Positions 10,218 to 20,717 are shown, counted from the stretch's first letter. The stretch: 64,000 bases of DNA from an uncultured bacterium (GCA_963749495.1 CAVVMW010000021.1:192001-256000), one strand, 5' to 3'. Notes: generated from the letters alone by a model not told the origin. Numbers and translations are program-made.

Positions 10218-11450
10218 TTATCGCCAATAAAAGCTCAGGACCTGGATGTCGCGGGGGTTATTGCGGCCGAGGACGGCGATGAATTGGCGCCGTGCGGCGC
10301 CGACGCGGGCATCGATCTGGACCTGGAAGGTGCGGCTGCGGACATCGCAGAATTGCTGGAGCCCGCGGGCCACCTCCAGGCTCACCTCGGGGTTGCGCCG
10401 GACCTGGTCGACGCTGCGGTAGGGACCCGTGAGGCCGCTGCCGTCGTCTTCGCCGGCGCGGGCGGCGACAATGGCCTCGGCGACGATGGCGTTGACCCCC
10501 GGGACAAGCTGGAGGACATCGGCAGAGGCGGTGTTGATGTTGATTCTGCCGGAGGAGAGGGGGGTGAAGAGGTGAACCAGGCCGGAGCTGAACGCGGGGG
10601 CGGCGGCTTGCGGGCCGAAGAAGGTGTTCCGCTGCTGGAAGGAGGCGGCCTGATGGTTGGTCGCGGCGGCGGAGCCCCAGTAGAGATCCGGCGTGATGCC
10701 CTTGACGAAGAGCAATTCGCACATGTCGTCGATCGGACCGTTCTTGGCATTGTAGGGCGGGTCCTCGCCCTGGTAATAATCGCTCTCGGCGCCCTGCACG
10801 CGCGGGACATCGTCAGGGTCGATCCAGTCCAGGATGCAATTGATGATGGGGGTCATCTGGCCGGCGTCGACGCCCATGAGCGTGAGGGCCTGTTCGAGGA
10901 TAGGCTCCGGGGCGGTGTTGATGTTGAACTTGCGCTCCAGGTCGGTCATCTTCCAGGCGAAACTGCCCGTGCCGAGTTCGACCGGGTTTTTGACATCCAT
11001 GAGGGGGCTGTTGGTGGTGGCGATGCCGCCCATGCCGCCGGCCCAGACCTGGTTGAGGGCATCGTAGGGCTCCCCGGGGATGCGCATCTGTTCGGCCAAT
11101 ATCCAGCGGCAATACTCGACGCCCGAACGCCCGAGCCATTCGAGCTGGGCTTCGCTATTGACGTTGCGCGCGAGCTTGGTCTCCACTTTCATCGAAAGGG
11201 CGAACCCGCCGGCCAGGAGGGCCAGGACAGTGATGGAAATCATCACGATGATCAGGGCGATGCCGCGCGCTCTTGAGTGCGGAATGTGGAGTGCGGAGTG
11301 CGGAATGGGGAATGCGGAATGCGGAGTGCGGACCGCCCAATGATGAATGACGAATGACGAATGACGAATGACGAAGGGCTCAGACAGGCTGCCCTCGCCG
11401 TCCCGTGGTCCCGTGGTCCCGTGGTCCCCTAATCCCATCCGCAGCCTCAT
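10218..11450 (-). CDS. gspK: GspK-like minor pseudopilin
   Basis: RG|IALIIVM, DLERKFNIN, ILDWID, GRININTA motifs. Confidence 0.85.
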   Translation of the reverse strand: MRLRMGLGDHGTTGPRDGEGSLSEPFVIRHSSFVIHHWAVRTPHSAFPIPHSALHIPHSRARGIALIIVMISITVLALLAGGFALSMKVETKLARNVNSEAQLEWLGRSGVEYCRWILAEQMRIPGEPYDALNQVWAGGMGGIATTNSPLMDVKNPVELGTGSFAWKMTDLERKFNINTAPEPILEQALTLMGVDAGQMTPIINCILDWIDPDDVPRVQGAESDYYQGEDPPYNAKNGPIDDMCELLFVKGITPDLYWGSAAATNHQAASFQQRNTFFGPQAAAPAFSSGLVHLFTPLSSGRININTASADVLQLVPGVNAIVAEAIVAARAGEDDGSGLTGPYRSVDQVRRNPEVSLEVARGLQQFCDVRSRTFQVQIDARVGAARRQFIAVLGRNNPRDIQVLSFYWR

Positions 11451-12315
11451 GGCCTGCCTCCTGCCGGCCCCCGGGCGTTGGGCTGGGCTGAATCACGCCC
11501 GGCTGCGCGGGCACGGGCGGCATCCCGCCCGGACCAGGCATCATGCCCGGGGCCGGCATTCCCGGCATGCCCCTGGGCATCTGCCACATGAGCGCCACGC
11601 CGCCGGCGGGCAGTTGGATGATGCGGGTAATCTCTTCCTCGGCCGAGCCCAGGCGTGTCGTGTCCGCCAGCTTGAGGGTCACGATGATGCCCCGCGGCAG
11701 TTGGTTGGTGAACTTCCATTCGTCCACCCACTCGCTTCGTTTCAGGTCCCAGAATTGGAACTTGAATTCTCTCACGTTCTTTGCCAGCACCAGCGGGTGG
11801 TTCTTCTCGTCCACCATCATGGGGTTTTGCGAACCGGACTCCAGGTCCATCATCAGCGGCACCTGGCGCAGGACCAACTGGCGGCTCCCATCGCGCGCCG
11901 ATTCCACCGAGAAGATCAGGCGCCGCACATCGAAGTCGCCGAAATGCCCGCCGCGGGGGAAGTCCCTCGAGAGGCGGGCGACAAAGCTGAGCATCGGCTC
12001 GTCGCCGTTTTCCGCCACAAAGCTGTAATAGCGCTGGTTTTGGATGAAGCTCATGGCGGAGCCCAGGGAATCCTCCAGCACGCGCACGCAGATGCGGAGC
12101 CGCTGCACGGTGGCTGCGGCCCGCTGCCCGGACTTGGCCGAGCGCAGAATGGCCGTCCAGCTCGAATAAATCGCCACCAGCACCAGCGAGAAGATCGCGA
12201 TGGCGATCATCATCTCGAACAACGTGAAACCGCCGCGCGCCGGAGCGGGCCACGATCCCTCCGGTCCGTTGTCCCGGCGCATCGGGGCCGCTCTTCCTGG
12301 AAAAACCGGTTTCAT
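11380..12315 (-). CDS. gspJ: GspJ-like pseudopilin; true stop may be 11447 if frameshifted
   Basis: GG|FTLFEMMIAIAIF N-methylation motif; ATGA coupling to the upstream gene. Confidence 0.75.
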   Translation of the reverse strand: MKPVFPGRAAPMRRDNGPEGSWPAPARGGFTLFEMMIAIAIFSLVLVAIYSSWTAILRSAKSGQRAAATVQRLRICVRVLEDSLGSAMSFIQNQRYYSFVAENGDEPMLSFVARLSRDFPRGGHFGDFDVRRLIFSVESARDGSRQLVLRQVPLMMDLESGSQNPMMVDEKNHPLVLAKNVREFKFQFWDLKRSEWVDEWKFTNQLPRGIIVTLKLADTTRLGSAEEEITRIIQLPAGGVALMWQMPRGMPGMPAPGMMPGPGGMPPVPAQPGVIQPSPTPGGRQEAGHEAADGIRGPRDHGTTGRRGQPV

Positions 12316-12713
12316 CTCAAGCCCCCGAACCTCAGGGTGGCTGATTCGGGAGAGAACACCAGGATGCTGATGCTGTCCACCGGTTGAGGGCTCTGGCGAC
12401 GGAAGATCCGGATATCGAATTGCATCAGGCCGTTGGTTTCGACCTGGCTGCACTCGTACTCCCAGGAGTAATCGCGATAGAGGTCGCCGAAGTCGCCCGA
12501 CTGGGTGCCCTCGGCGAAGCGATTGGTCCGGATGAGCAGTTGGGCGGCGACCATGCCGGCATCGACCTCGACGCGCCGCAGGCTCCGGGCGGTGCGGAGC
12601 GCACCGGAGACCAGCGCCAGGATGGCGAAGACCGAGGCGAAAAAGATGCCGATGGCGATCATCACTTCGATCAGCGAGAAGCCCGGTCCGGGTCTTTGAA
12701 GCGGCAATTTCAT
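12312..12713 (-). CDS. gspI: GspI-like pseudopilin
   Basis: G|FSLIEVMIAIGIF motif; 133 aa; position between H and J. Confidence 0.7.
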   Translation of the reverse strand: MKLPLQRPGPGFSLIEVMIAIGIFFASVFAILALVSGALRTARSLRRVEVDAGMVAAQLLIRTNRFAEGTQSGDFGDLYRDYSWEYECSQVETNGLMQFDIRIFRRQSPQPVDSISILVFSPESATLRFGGLR

Positions 12714-13429
12714 CGGTCAACAGGGCCGACGGTGGCCAGGCTGGTGGTGACCTCCAGGGCGATCTTGTACCACTCGCCCTTGTCCGAGTGCAGGACAATG
12801 GTCAATTCGTCGCAGGTGCCGTTAGGGAAGAACCGGGCGCGGGCGATCTCCCTGTCTTTGTACTCGCTGAGGTTGACGTCCAGCATCTCGATGGCGATGG
12901 AACTATCCAAGGTAGCGGACTTGCCGGAGCCCGGCGGCGGGGGCGGTCTAACGGCGGCCAGGCCCAAATCTTCGTTCTCCGCAACTCGAGGCTGCGGTTG
13001 CCTGGGGCTGACGGCGCCGCTCACCTCCATTCTCCGGTCCTGGGGATGGAAGACGACCTCGGCCACGCTGCCCTGCATAATGGCCTGCGCCCGGGCGCGG
13101 CTGAGGACCTCGTTGATGTCCCGGACGGCTTGGATCATGGGGGCCTTGCGCCACAGCTTATAGACCATCGGCACGCTCATGGTCAGCACGATGCCCATGA
13201 TGCCCACGACGATCATGATCTCGATGAGCGTGAAACCAGTGCGGAGTGCGCAGTGCGGAGGCCGGAATGACGAATGACGAATGACGAATGACGAATGTTT
13301 CGGAGGGGCGCCGGTTGCGGCGGCGCGCGGCTCTCGGTCCCTTCCGTCGCTTATGTCGCTTTTGTCCCTTGGTTGGACGCAGCCGGTCGTGGCAACAGGG
13401 TTTAGCATGTGAGGCACTCCCCTGCTCAT
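12710..13429 (-). CDS. gspH: GspH/FimT-like pseudopilin
   Basis: G|FTLIEIMIVV, LSRARAQAI, RFFPNGT. Confidence 0.75.
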   Translation of the reverse strand: MSRGVPHMLNPVATTGCVQPRDKSDISDGRDREPRAAATGAPPKHSSFVIRHSSFRPPHCALRTGFTLIEIMIVVGIMGIVLTMSVPMVYKLWRKAPMIQAVRDINEVLSRARAQAIMQGSVAEVVFHPQDRRMEVSGAVSPRQPQPRVAENEDLGLAAVRPPPPPGSGKSATLDSSIAIEMLDVNLSEYKDREIARARFFPNGTCDELTIVLHSDKGEWYKIALEVTTSLATVGPVDR

Positions 13430-14700
13430 TGGGCAATATGGGAGGTGATCGTGAACATCGCGGAAAGCACGCTCAGCAGCAGGAATCCCACGCCCAGGGC
13501 CATGCAGATGATCATGACGGGCTCGATCATGTTGGTCATGACGCGCAGGGCGATGCTGAGTTCATTTTCGTAGGTGTCGGCGACGTTCTTCAAGGCCCCT
13601 GGGACATCGCCGGTGTCCTCGCCGATCTTGACGAGGTCGACCATGAGCTGGGGGAAGACCTTGCTCCGGGCCAGGGGTTGGGCGATCGTCTTGCCGTCGG
13701 TGACCTCCTCGCGGGTCTTGGCGATGGCCTCCTTGACAATGCTGTTGCCCATGATCTGCTCGGTGATCTTGAGGGCGGTCAGGACGGGGACGCCGTTCTC
13801 CAGGAGAGTCGAGAGGGTGCGGGCGAACTGCCCGAAGAGGTTGAGCTTGATGACCTTGCCGAAGATCGGGGCGCTCATCTTCCAAAGGTTGATTTTGCGC
13901 CGGCCCTCTGTGGAGGCCTGGAACCGCTTGAAGATGATGATGGCGGCCAGGATGATGCCGATTATGAGCCACCAATAGGTCTTCAGGAAATGGCTGAACC
14001 CCAGCAACGCCTGGGTGGTCGCCGGCAGCGGAATGTCCATGCCCTCGAAGATCGACATGAACTTGGGAAGCATGTAACTGACGAAAAAGAACATGATGCC
14101 CAGGCCGACCACGGCGACAAAGGCGGGGTAGATGAGGGCGGAGGTGAACTTGGCCTGGACCTGGGCGAAGCGTTCGAAGTGGTCGGCCATGCGCCGGAGC
14201 ACCTCGACCAGGGCGCCGCTGGATTCGCCGGCGCGGACCATGTTGACGTAGAGGTCGGAGAAGACCCGGGGCTGCTTGGTCATGGCATCGGAGAGGCTCC
14301 GGCCTTCCATGACATCCTGGCGCAAGTCCCGGCTCACGTCGGCGGAGATGCCCTTGGACTGCAGGTGGGTCATGCTGTTGAGGGCGACGGTCAGCGGCAT
14401 GCCCGCTTTGAGCAGGTTGGCTAACTGCTGGGTGAAGGTCGCCAGTTCCTGGAGCTTTGGTTTGCGCTTCCGGGTCAGGTACTCGCGCAATGTCGGCGGC
14501 AGCAGGGCGCGCCAATCGGTCCTGGGCCCGGCGGTGGCGCGCTCGCCGGGCATGGCGCCGCCCTTGGCCGCCTCGACCGCCACGGGAAACAACCCCGACC
14601 GCTCGATCTGCAACAATGCAGCCGAGCGATCGGCGCCCTCCAGCACGCCTTCCACAACCTCGCCGCTGCGCCGGCGGGCCTTGTACGAAAACTGAGCCAT
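13426..14700 (-). CDS. gspF: Type II secretion F / PilC inner-membrane platform protein
   Basis: FTQQLANLLKAGMPL, AGESSGAL, ALIYP, IGEDTG, IEP motifs. Confidence 0.92.
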   Translation of the reverse strand: MAQFSYKARRRSGEVVEGVLEGADRSAALLQIERSGLFPVAVEAAKGGAMPGERATAGPRTDWRALLPPTLREYLTRKRKPKLQELATFTQQLANLLKAGMPLTVALNSMTHLQSKGISADVSRDLRQDVMEGRSLSDAMTKQPRVFSDLYVNMVRAGESSGALVEVLRRMADHFERFAQVQAKFTSALIYPAFVAVVGLGIMFFFVSYMLPKFMSIFEGMDIPLPATTQALLGFSHFLKTYWWLIIGIILAAIIIFKRFQASTEGRRKINLWKMSAPIFGKVIKLNLFGQFARTLSTLLENGVPVLTALKITEQIMGNSIVKEAIAKTREEVTDGKTIAQPLARSKVFPQLMVDLVKIGEDTGDVPGALKNVADTYENELSIALRVMTNMIEPVMIICMALGVGFLLLSVLSAMFTITSHIAQ

Positions 14701-14787
14701 AAACCGAGACTGTTTTGTCTTAAACACGAAATCTACCTGAAAGTTGCGCCCAGCCAAGGGCCAAATTCAGAGTGCCCCGCTGCGGGG

Positions 14788-15041
14788 TGTGAGACAGAAT
14801 TCTTGTTGCACCTCCAGATCACAGCTCTCAGAGATGATCTGGCTCTTCGATCCTTCGTTTCCTTCGTTTCCTTCTGTTCTTTTCAAGCGTCCCACCGGCT
14901 GCGCGCAGGAACAGAACAGAAGGAAACGAAGGAAACGAAGAGGCGGCCGGACAGGAGGCATCGTTGTGGTCCGTGCCAGTTCGTGTCTGGACTCGGAGAG
15001 ACCTTCTGTGATGAAGGCCCAGCAAAATCCATTTTGTGAAG
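14788..15041 (+). repeat. About 255-bp MITE-like repeat with internal palindrome
   Basis: Direct copy at 37768-38027; contains (ttccttcgt)n/(acgaaggaa)n arms. Confidence 0.85.
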
Positions 15042-15071
15042 GTTTTCGTCCTACACACCCCGCCGCTTGGG

Positions 15072-16541
15072 TCAGGCAAGCGCCAGGCGGGTAGGACTGA
15101 TGTTCCACGCCCGCCGCCTGAAGCAGTCGCGCAGCGCCGCCTCGGCCGCGCGGAGGCCGCACATGCCATGCACGCCGCCGCCGGGGGGAGTGGAGGCGGA
15201 GCAGAGATAGAGGCCGGGGACGGGGGTGCGATAGGGCGTAGGGCTCAGCACCGGGCGGGCCAGCAACTGGCGCCAATCGGCCAACCCGCCGTGGATGTCG
15301 CCCCCGACCAGGTTGGCGTTGTGCCGCTCCAGATCCTGGCAGTTCATCGCGCGGCGCGCGAGGACGCGCCGGCCAAAGCCGGGGGCGAACCGCTCGATTT
15401 GATTCTCGATCCGGCCGGTCATATCGAAGGTCGAGCCGTTGGGCACGTGGCAATAGGCCCAGGCCACGTGGCACCCTTCAGGAGCGCGGGTCGGGTCAAA
15501 GAGCGTAGGCTGGGAGAGGATGACAAAAGGCCGCTCCGGGTGGAGACCCCGGGCCACCTCGCGCTCGGCGGCGGCGATTTCCTCGAGCGAGCCGCCCAAG
15601 TGTACCGTGCCGGCGCGCGCGCAGGCCTCCGCCTTCCAGGGGATCGGCCAATCCATGGCGTAATCGACCTTGAACACCCCGGGCCCGAAGCGAAATCGCT
15701 CCAGGCGGCTGCGGTAGGAGGCAGGGAGTTTGTGGCCCGCCAGGCGGAGCACCTGCCGCGGGGTCAGGTCCAGCAAGACCGCCCGGGCCAGGGGCAGTTC
15801 GTCGATGGTCACGACCTGAACGCGCGTCGCCAATTCGCCGCCCAGGGCGCGCAAATGGGCCGCCATGGCCTGAGTGAGCTGGCTGGCGCCGCCGCGCGGC
15901 AACGGCCAGCCGACCGCGTGGCCCAGGAGGCCCAGCACCAGGGCGAAGGCCGCCCCGGGCCGCTGCTCCAGGGGCAGAAACGAGTGCGCCGCCAGCCCGG
16001 CAACCAGCGCGCGGGCTGCCTCGCCGGCGAAGCAACTCGACGCTAGGCCGCTCCCGGAACGGACTGCCCGCAGGCCGAAGCGGGCCAGCAGCAGCGGATG
16101 GCGCGGGAAATGGAGCAGCGGCCGCAATAACTCCCCCGCCAACGCCTCCCACCTCGCCGCCAGCGGCCCCATCAGCCGCTCATAGGCCGCACCGTCTTTG
16201 CCCAATCCTTGGGCGGTCTCCCCGATCGAACGCCTCAGCACAACTGCAGCGCCGTTGTCCAGCGGATGGGCCAGCGGCAGTTCCGGCTCAATCCACCTCA
16301 GCCCGTACTTCTCCAGCGGCAAGCGGCCCAAAAAAGGCGACCCTGCAGCCAATGGGTGGATGGCTGAGCAGGTGTCGTGTACGAAGCCCGGCAGCGTCAC
16401 CTCGGCAGACCGCGCGCCTCCCCCGAGGCACTCCTGCTCCTCGACGACAAGCACTGACAAACGCTCCTGCGCCAGCCGAATCGCGGCGGCCAGACCGTTG
16501 GGCCCGGAGCCGATGACTATGGCATCGTAGGAGACGTTCAA
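15072..16541 (-). CDS. Phytoene dehydrogenase-like FAD-dependent oxidoreductase
   Basis: DAIVIGSGPNGLAAA, HDTCSAIHP, STPPGGGVHGMCG. Confidence 0.9.
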   Translation of the reverse strand: MNVSYDAIVIGSGPNGLAAAIRLAQERLSVLVVEEQECLGGGARSAEVTLPGFVHDTCSAIHPLAAGSPFLGRLPLEKYGLRWIEPELPLAHPLDNGAAVVLRRSIGETAQGLGKDGAAYERLMGPLAARWEALAGELLRPLLHFPRHPLLLARFGLRAVRSGSGLASSCFAGEAARALVAGLAAHSFLPLEQRPGAAFALVLGLLGHAVGWPLPRGGASQLTQAMAAHLRALGGELATRVQVVTIDELPLARAVLLDLTPRQVLRLAGHKLPASYRSRLERFRFGPGVFKVDYAMDWPIPWKAEACARAGTVHLGGSLEEIAAAEREVARGLHPERPFVILSQPTLFDPTRAPEGCHVAWAYCHVPNGSTFDMTGRIENQIERFAPGFGRRVLARRAMNCQDLERHNANLVGGDIHGGLADWRQLLARPVLSPTPYRTPVPGLYLCSASTPPGGGVHGMCGLRAAEAALRDCFRRRAWNISPTRLALA

Positions 16542-16601
16542 GGTGACCGGCAGCCGGTGAAGTTTGCCCCTTTTGTCCCTTTTGTCCCTGGTATCCTTGT
16601 C

Positions 16602-18206
16602 TCAACGCCCCGGCGCCTGGGCCGGGATGGCCGGCTTCAAGGTCCAGGCCTGCAGCCGGGCCAACTCGAGGAGCCTTGGTGCGCGAAAGCCTTCCTTGTG
16701 GATGACCCAACCGCCGAAGAGCCCCGGCGTGTCGGCGGCCACACGGCGGGCGGGCAACACCTCGGGGTTGCCAGCCAGAGCGACGCCGTCTTCGACTGGG
16801 AAACGCCCGTACTGACGATGGTTTTCGTAGGCCGCGGCCAGGGCGAGCAGAAACTCGGCGGGCGGCATCGGGTCGGCGCCGATGAAGACACGGGAGGGCA
16901 CGCGCTGCCGGGTTTGGATGAAGTCGAGCACGTCCTGGAGTGCGTCCCGAAAGGCCGGCCAGGGCAGGCGATTCTTTCCGGAGGCGGGCGGAGGCGGGGC
17001 GTCGGGGCCCAGCAGGCCCTTGGCGCGCAGGAACTCCTGGCCGGCGTTGAGCGCGCCCACGGATAGCCTCAAGGTGCTGCCCGTCATCCCGGCGTTGAGC
17101 CTGCCGACGGCCAGGGCGAGCAATTCGAATTGATCGGCTAGCGAATAGGCGCGGGGGCCGAGCACGAGAAAATCGGCCCCCTTGGCGGCACCGGAAAGGA
17201 GGCGGGAAGTGATTGCGGCCAGGTCCTTCTCCGGAGCGCCCTCGGCCCGGACGGCATCCGGGTAAAGCACTGGCAGGTCGGCGGCGGTGACAAAGCCGAT
17301 GTTGGGCAGCGAGCGGATGTAATCGATGTACTGGCCGAAGCGCTGGAATGCGGCAGCGGTTTCCTCGGCAGGGCGTTGAGGCGGCAGTTGCCACTGTTCG
17401 CGCGGCGGGTTGGCGCCCCGGCGGAAATTAACGCCATCCCAAAACTCGAGGTGTACCCACTCACACGGATGATAGTAAATGCTGATGAGGCCGCCACCCT
17501 CCTGGGCGCGCAGGCGCTCGGCAATGGCGGAGACGCGCCTCTTGGCCGGCTCGAGCGCGGCCGGGTCGTGCAATTCCATGCGCGTGCAGTTGTCGCCCAT
17601 GTGATACACGTTGAGGGCGCCGGCATACCAGAACGGTTTCTCGTCCAAACCGACGTGGTCACCCTCGTCCACGTAACAGGGCACGCCGTGCGGGGCGACG
17701 CCGATGTCTTTCAGGGCGATGATGGCCTGGGGAGCCCAGGAGGAACCGGGCTGGCCGTAGCAGGCCAGCGTCGGGACCGAGAAAATCCGCCGCACGTCCG
17801 CAGCCCCGCCGCCTTCGCGCCGGGCGAATTCGGCCGCCCCGTCCAGCAAGCCGCAGTCGGCCAGGTATTCGGATGGCGTCGGGTGAACGGAATGGAAGTT
17901 GGCGTGATAGGCGATGGTGTGTTTGCTCAGCGCCGCGATCACGTCGCGGCGCCCGCGGCGCTCCAGGACGCGCGCCTTCTCGCCGACGACCTTGAAAGTG
18001 GCGCGCACGCCCCGCTCTGTCAGCATCTGGGCCAATTGAATGCAGGCGTCGTCATCGGCCGGCAGGATGTAATCTTCCGTATCGAACCAGAGGATGACGT
18101 TGACGCGGGGCTGGTCGGCGGCGGCGGCCAGGGACATGACGAGAGTGAAACCGAGCCAGAGCGCCAGGACTTTGAGGAGGGAGGACAAGTGTTTCATAAT
18201 CAGCAT
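16602..18206 (-). CDS. Secreted polysaccharide deacetylase-like (NodB/GH57-type fold) protein
   Basis: Signal peptide; LWFDTEDY, ATFKVVGE, IAYHANFHSVHP, YYHPCE. Confidence 0.65.
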   Translation of the reverse strand: MLIMKHLSSLLKVLALWLGFTLVMSLAAAADQPRVNVILWFDTEDYILPADDDACIQLAQMLTERGVRATFKVVGEKARVLERRGRRDVIAALSKHTIAYHANFHSVHPTPSEYLADCGLLDGAAEFARREGGGAADVRRIFSVPTLACYGQPGSSWAPQAIIALKDIGVAPHGVPCYVDEGDHVGLDEKPFWYAGALNVYHMGDNCTRMELHDPAALEPAKRRVSAIAERLRAQEGGGLISIYYHPCEWVHLEFWDGVNFRRGANPPREQWQLPPQRPAEETAAAFQRFGQYIDYIRSLPNIGFVTAADLPVLYPDAVRAEGAPEKDLAAITSRLLSGAAKGADFLVLGPRAYSLADQFELLALAVGRLNAGMTGSTLRLSVGALNAGQEFLRAKGLLGPDAPPPPASGKNRLPWPAFRDALQDVLDFIQTRQRVPSRVFIGADPMPPAEFLLALAAAYENHRQYGRFPVEDGVALAGNPEVLPARRVAADTPGLFGGWVIHKEGFRAPRLLELARLQAWTLKPAIPAQAPGR

Positions 18207-18336
18207 GGAATCTGTTGAAACCGCAACGGCCGCAAGGATGCTCGTCCTGGAACCGATGATCCAGATCAAATTGGCCAGGCCAAGCCTCCGCGCGTTCTTT
18301 TCGTCCCTTGTGTCCCTTATGTCCCTTGAGCCGCCT

Positions 18337-18803
18337 TCATCTCACCCCCAGAGGTCTTTTCTTCTCCGGCGCTCTCTGCATCGTGATGCGCCCGACATCG
18401 AGCACAGGGACGCCCCCGGGGGCGTTGGTGGCCAGGAGGCTGGAGGCAGAGCAGTTGGTTTGGAGGCGCAGGTAACCGGCGCATTCCAAGGTGAGGCGGA
18501 CCGCGCTCCATCCGCCCCAGCGCACAGGGCTGAGCACGCGCTCGCTCGGGAGGGTGAACCGCCCGTCCTGGCCGGTCAGGGTTCGAGCTTTGCGGATGAG
18601 CAACTCGCCGCCATGAAGGGGTGAGCCGCCAGGGGACTCCGGGTTGGGTCGGCCGCGCACGACCCTCACGCCGGCAAGAGGCCCGTGTCTTCGGCCACAA
18701 CCTGGCCCGTCACGCGCGGCGATACATACGGACCCAATGCCAGGCCCTTGCAGCCGGCCAGAAGACAGACAAGGCACAAGAAGGACAAAAGCTTTTTCGT
18801 CAT
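18337..18803 (-). CDS. Lipoprotein with carboxypeptidase-regulatory-like domain, frameshifted near 18680
   Basis: MTKKLLSFLCLVCLLAGC lipobox; VTGQVVAEDTG continues as PLAGVRV...TGQDGRFTL in the next frame. Confidence 0.6.
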
Positions 18804-18912
18804 TCGTCATTCGTCATTCGTCATTCCCTCCCTCCGAGGGATTCCGCACTCCGCACTCCACACTCCGCACTCCACACTCCGCGCTCCGCGCTCCGCACTC
18901 CGCACTCCGCAC
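18797..18912. repeat. Heptamer tandem repeats (tcattcg)n and (ccgcact)n
   Basis: Same units, inverted, at 11276-11372 and 13238-13297. Confidence 0.85.
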
Positions 18913-19662
18913 TCATTTGGCTTCCGCCCGCCGCTTGTATTCCTCCAGGATGGCCACCGTGGCCGAAGCCCCGCACCGGCTGGCGCCCAACTCGCGCACC
19001 CGGATTAGACCGTCCAGGTCGCGCACGCCCCCGGCGGCCTTGACCTGCACCCGGCTCGACACGCTGGCGCGCATCAGCCTCAGGTCCGGCTCCGTGGCCC
19101 CCCGGTAGCTGTACTTGCCGTCTGCCCCCTTGACAAATCCGTAACCCGTCGAGGTCTTCACCCAGTCGGCCCCCGCGCGCTCCGCCACCTGGCAAAGCTT
19201 GTGTTTGATCTCGTCGCCGCTCAAACCGGCGCCCCCGCCGCCCAGGTAATCGTTCTCCAGAATCACCTTGACCTTCGCCTTTCTCTGGTGCGCCTCCTCA
19301 CAGACCGCCCGCAACTCGCTCTCGACATACTCCCAATCCCCGCTCAGGGCCTTGCCGACGTTGATGACCACATCGATTTCCGCGGCCCCATCCCGACAGG
19401 CCAGCTCCGTCTCGTACCGCTTCACCTCGGTGGCGCTGTTCCCGTGCGGAAAACCGACCACCGCTCCCACCGCCACCTTGGTCCCCGCCAGCAGTTCGGC
19501 AGCGCGCCGCACATAATAAGGTTTGATGCACACCGACGCCACCCCGTATCGAGCCGCCACCCGGCAGCCCTCCTCCAACTCCCGGTCCGTCATCGTCGGG
19601 TGCAGCAGGGAATGATCGATCATCCCCGCCAGTTCCTCGTAACTGTATTTCATGCGTTTCAT
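18913..19662 (-). CDS. deoC: Deoxyribose-phosphate aldolase
   Basis: IDHSLLHP, VGFPHG, EIDVVIN, KVILE, WVKTSTG, VKAAGG. Confidence 0.93.
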   Translation of the reverse strand: MKRMKYSYEELAGMIDHSLLHPTMTDRELEEGCRVAARYGVASVCIKPYYVRRAAELLAGTKVAVGAVVGFPHGNSATEVKRYETELACRDGAAEIDVVINVGKALSGDWEYVESELRAVCEEAHQRKAKVKVILENDYLGGGGAGLSGDEIKHKLCQVAERAGADWVKTSTGYGFVKGADGKYSYRGATEPDLRLMRASVSSRVQVKAAGGVRDLDGLIRVRELGASRCGASATVAILEEYKRRAEAK

Positions 19663-19678
19663 TGGGTTCAGTGGAGAG

Positions 19679-19796
19679 CCTCCACGATTTCGAAATCGCG
19701 CATTGGGACCATGAACCGGACGGGCGCCCCTGCCGCGCGCAGCGTTTTGGACTGCCGCACTCCAAAACCTGGCGGACTTCGGCGGTTCATGGAGAG
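19679..19796 (+). mobile_element. Putative 118-bp non-autonomous IS110-type mini-element
   Basis: Left end ...cgcgcattgggaccatgaacc and right end ggttcatggagAG resemble the ends of the IS110 at 40439-42058; AG at both junctions. Confidence 0.65.
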
Positions 19797-19802
19797 GCGG
19801 CC

Positions 19803-20717
19803 TCATCCAAAATACGGCCGCAGAATGTCCCCGGCCACCTTGAGCGCCCGCTTCCGTCCCTCGAGCGTCTTGCCAAACGTATCATCCTCCACCTCGACAC
19901 AAACCGGCCCCTCGTAGCCGATCTCGTAAAGCCGGGCCATGAACCGGCCCCAGTCAATCTCCCCCAGCCCGGGAATGCGCGGCGTGTGCCATTCCTTCGG
20001 GACTGCGAAGATCCCGACCTCATCGAGCCGCGTTGGGTCCACCGTCATGTCCTTGGCGTGCAGGTGAAAGAGCTTGTCCTTGAACTCGAGCAAGGGGCTG
20101 ACCGGGTCCATGCGCTGCAAGACGAAATGCGAGGGATCGTAATTCAGGCCAAAGCTCTTCGATGGAATGTCTTTGAACATCCGCCGCCAGATCGCGGGCG
20201 TCGTTGCCAGGTTCTTGCCTCCGGGCCATTCGTCGCGCGTGAAAAGCATGGGACAGTTCTCGATGCCGATGCGGATGCCTTGCTTCTCGGCAAAGGCGAT
20301 CAACGGCTTCCACACCCTCAAAAAACGCGGCCAGTTCTCCTCGACGCCCCGGGTCCAGTCCCGCCCCACGAACGTATTGACGTTCCCCAGCCCCAAAAGC
20401 CGCGCGGCCACAATGACCTGCTTGAGGTGGTCCACCGCCCGCCGGGCAACCTCCGCGTCCGGGTCCAGCGGGTTCGGATAATAGCCCAGGCCCGAAAGGC
20501 CAACGCCATACCGGCGGCACAGCCCGTTGACTTCACCCGCGCGCCCCTGCGTAAAGCCGCCCACATCGATGTGCGTGACGCCCGCAAATCGGCGCTCCGC
20601 CTTGCCCGCCGGCCAGCACATGACCTCGACGCACTCAAAACCCTCGTCCCGCGCAAACCGAAGCACCTCCTCCAGCGTCAATTCCGGCAGAATCGCAGAC
20701 ACAAATCCAAGTTTCAT
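19803..20717 (-). CDS. Sugar phosphate isomerase/epimerase (xylose isomerase-like TIM barrel)
   Basis: [31 protein letters not shown]. Confidence 0.9.
   Translation of the reverse strand: MKLGFVSAILPELTLEEVLRFARDEGFECVEVMCWPAGKAERRFAGVTHIDVGGFTQGRAGEVNGLCRRYGVGLSGLGYYPNPLDPDAEVARRAVDHLKQVIVAARLLGLGNVNTFVGRDWTRGVEENWPRFLRVWKPLIAFAEKQGIRIGIENCPMLFTRDEWPGGKNLATTPAIWRRMFKDIPSKSFGLNYDPSHFVLQRMDPVSPLLEFKDKLFHLHAKDMTVDPTRLDEVGIFAVPKEWHTPRIPGLGEIDWGRFMARLYEIGYEGPVCVEVEDDTFGKTLEGRKRALKVAGDILRPYFG

Noticed and set aside
10218..14700. Complete type II secretion system
   Set aside because: Only F, H, I, J and K-like genes are present; secretin, assembly ATPase and major pseudopilin are not in this cluster.
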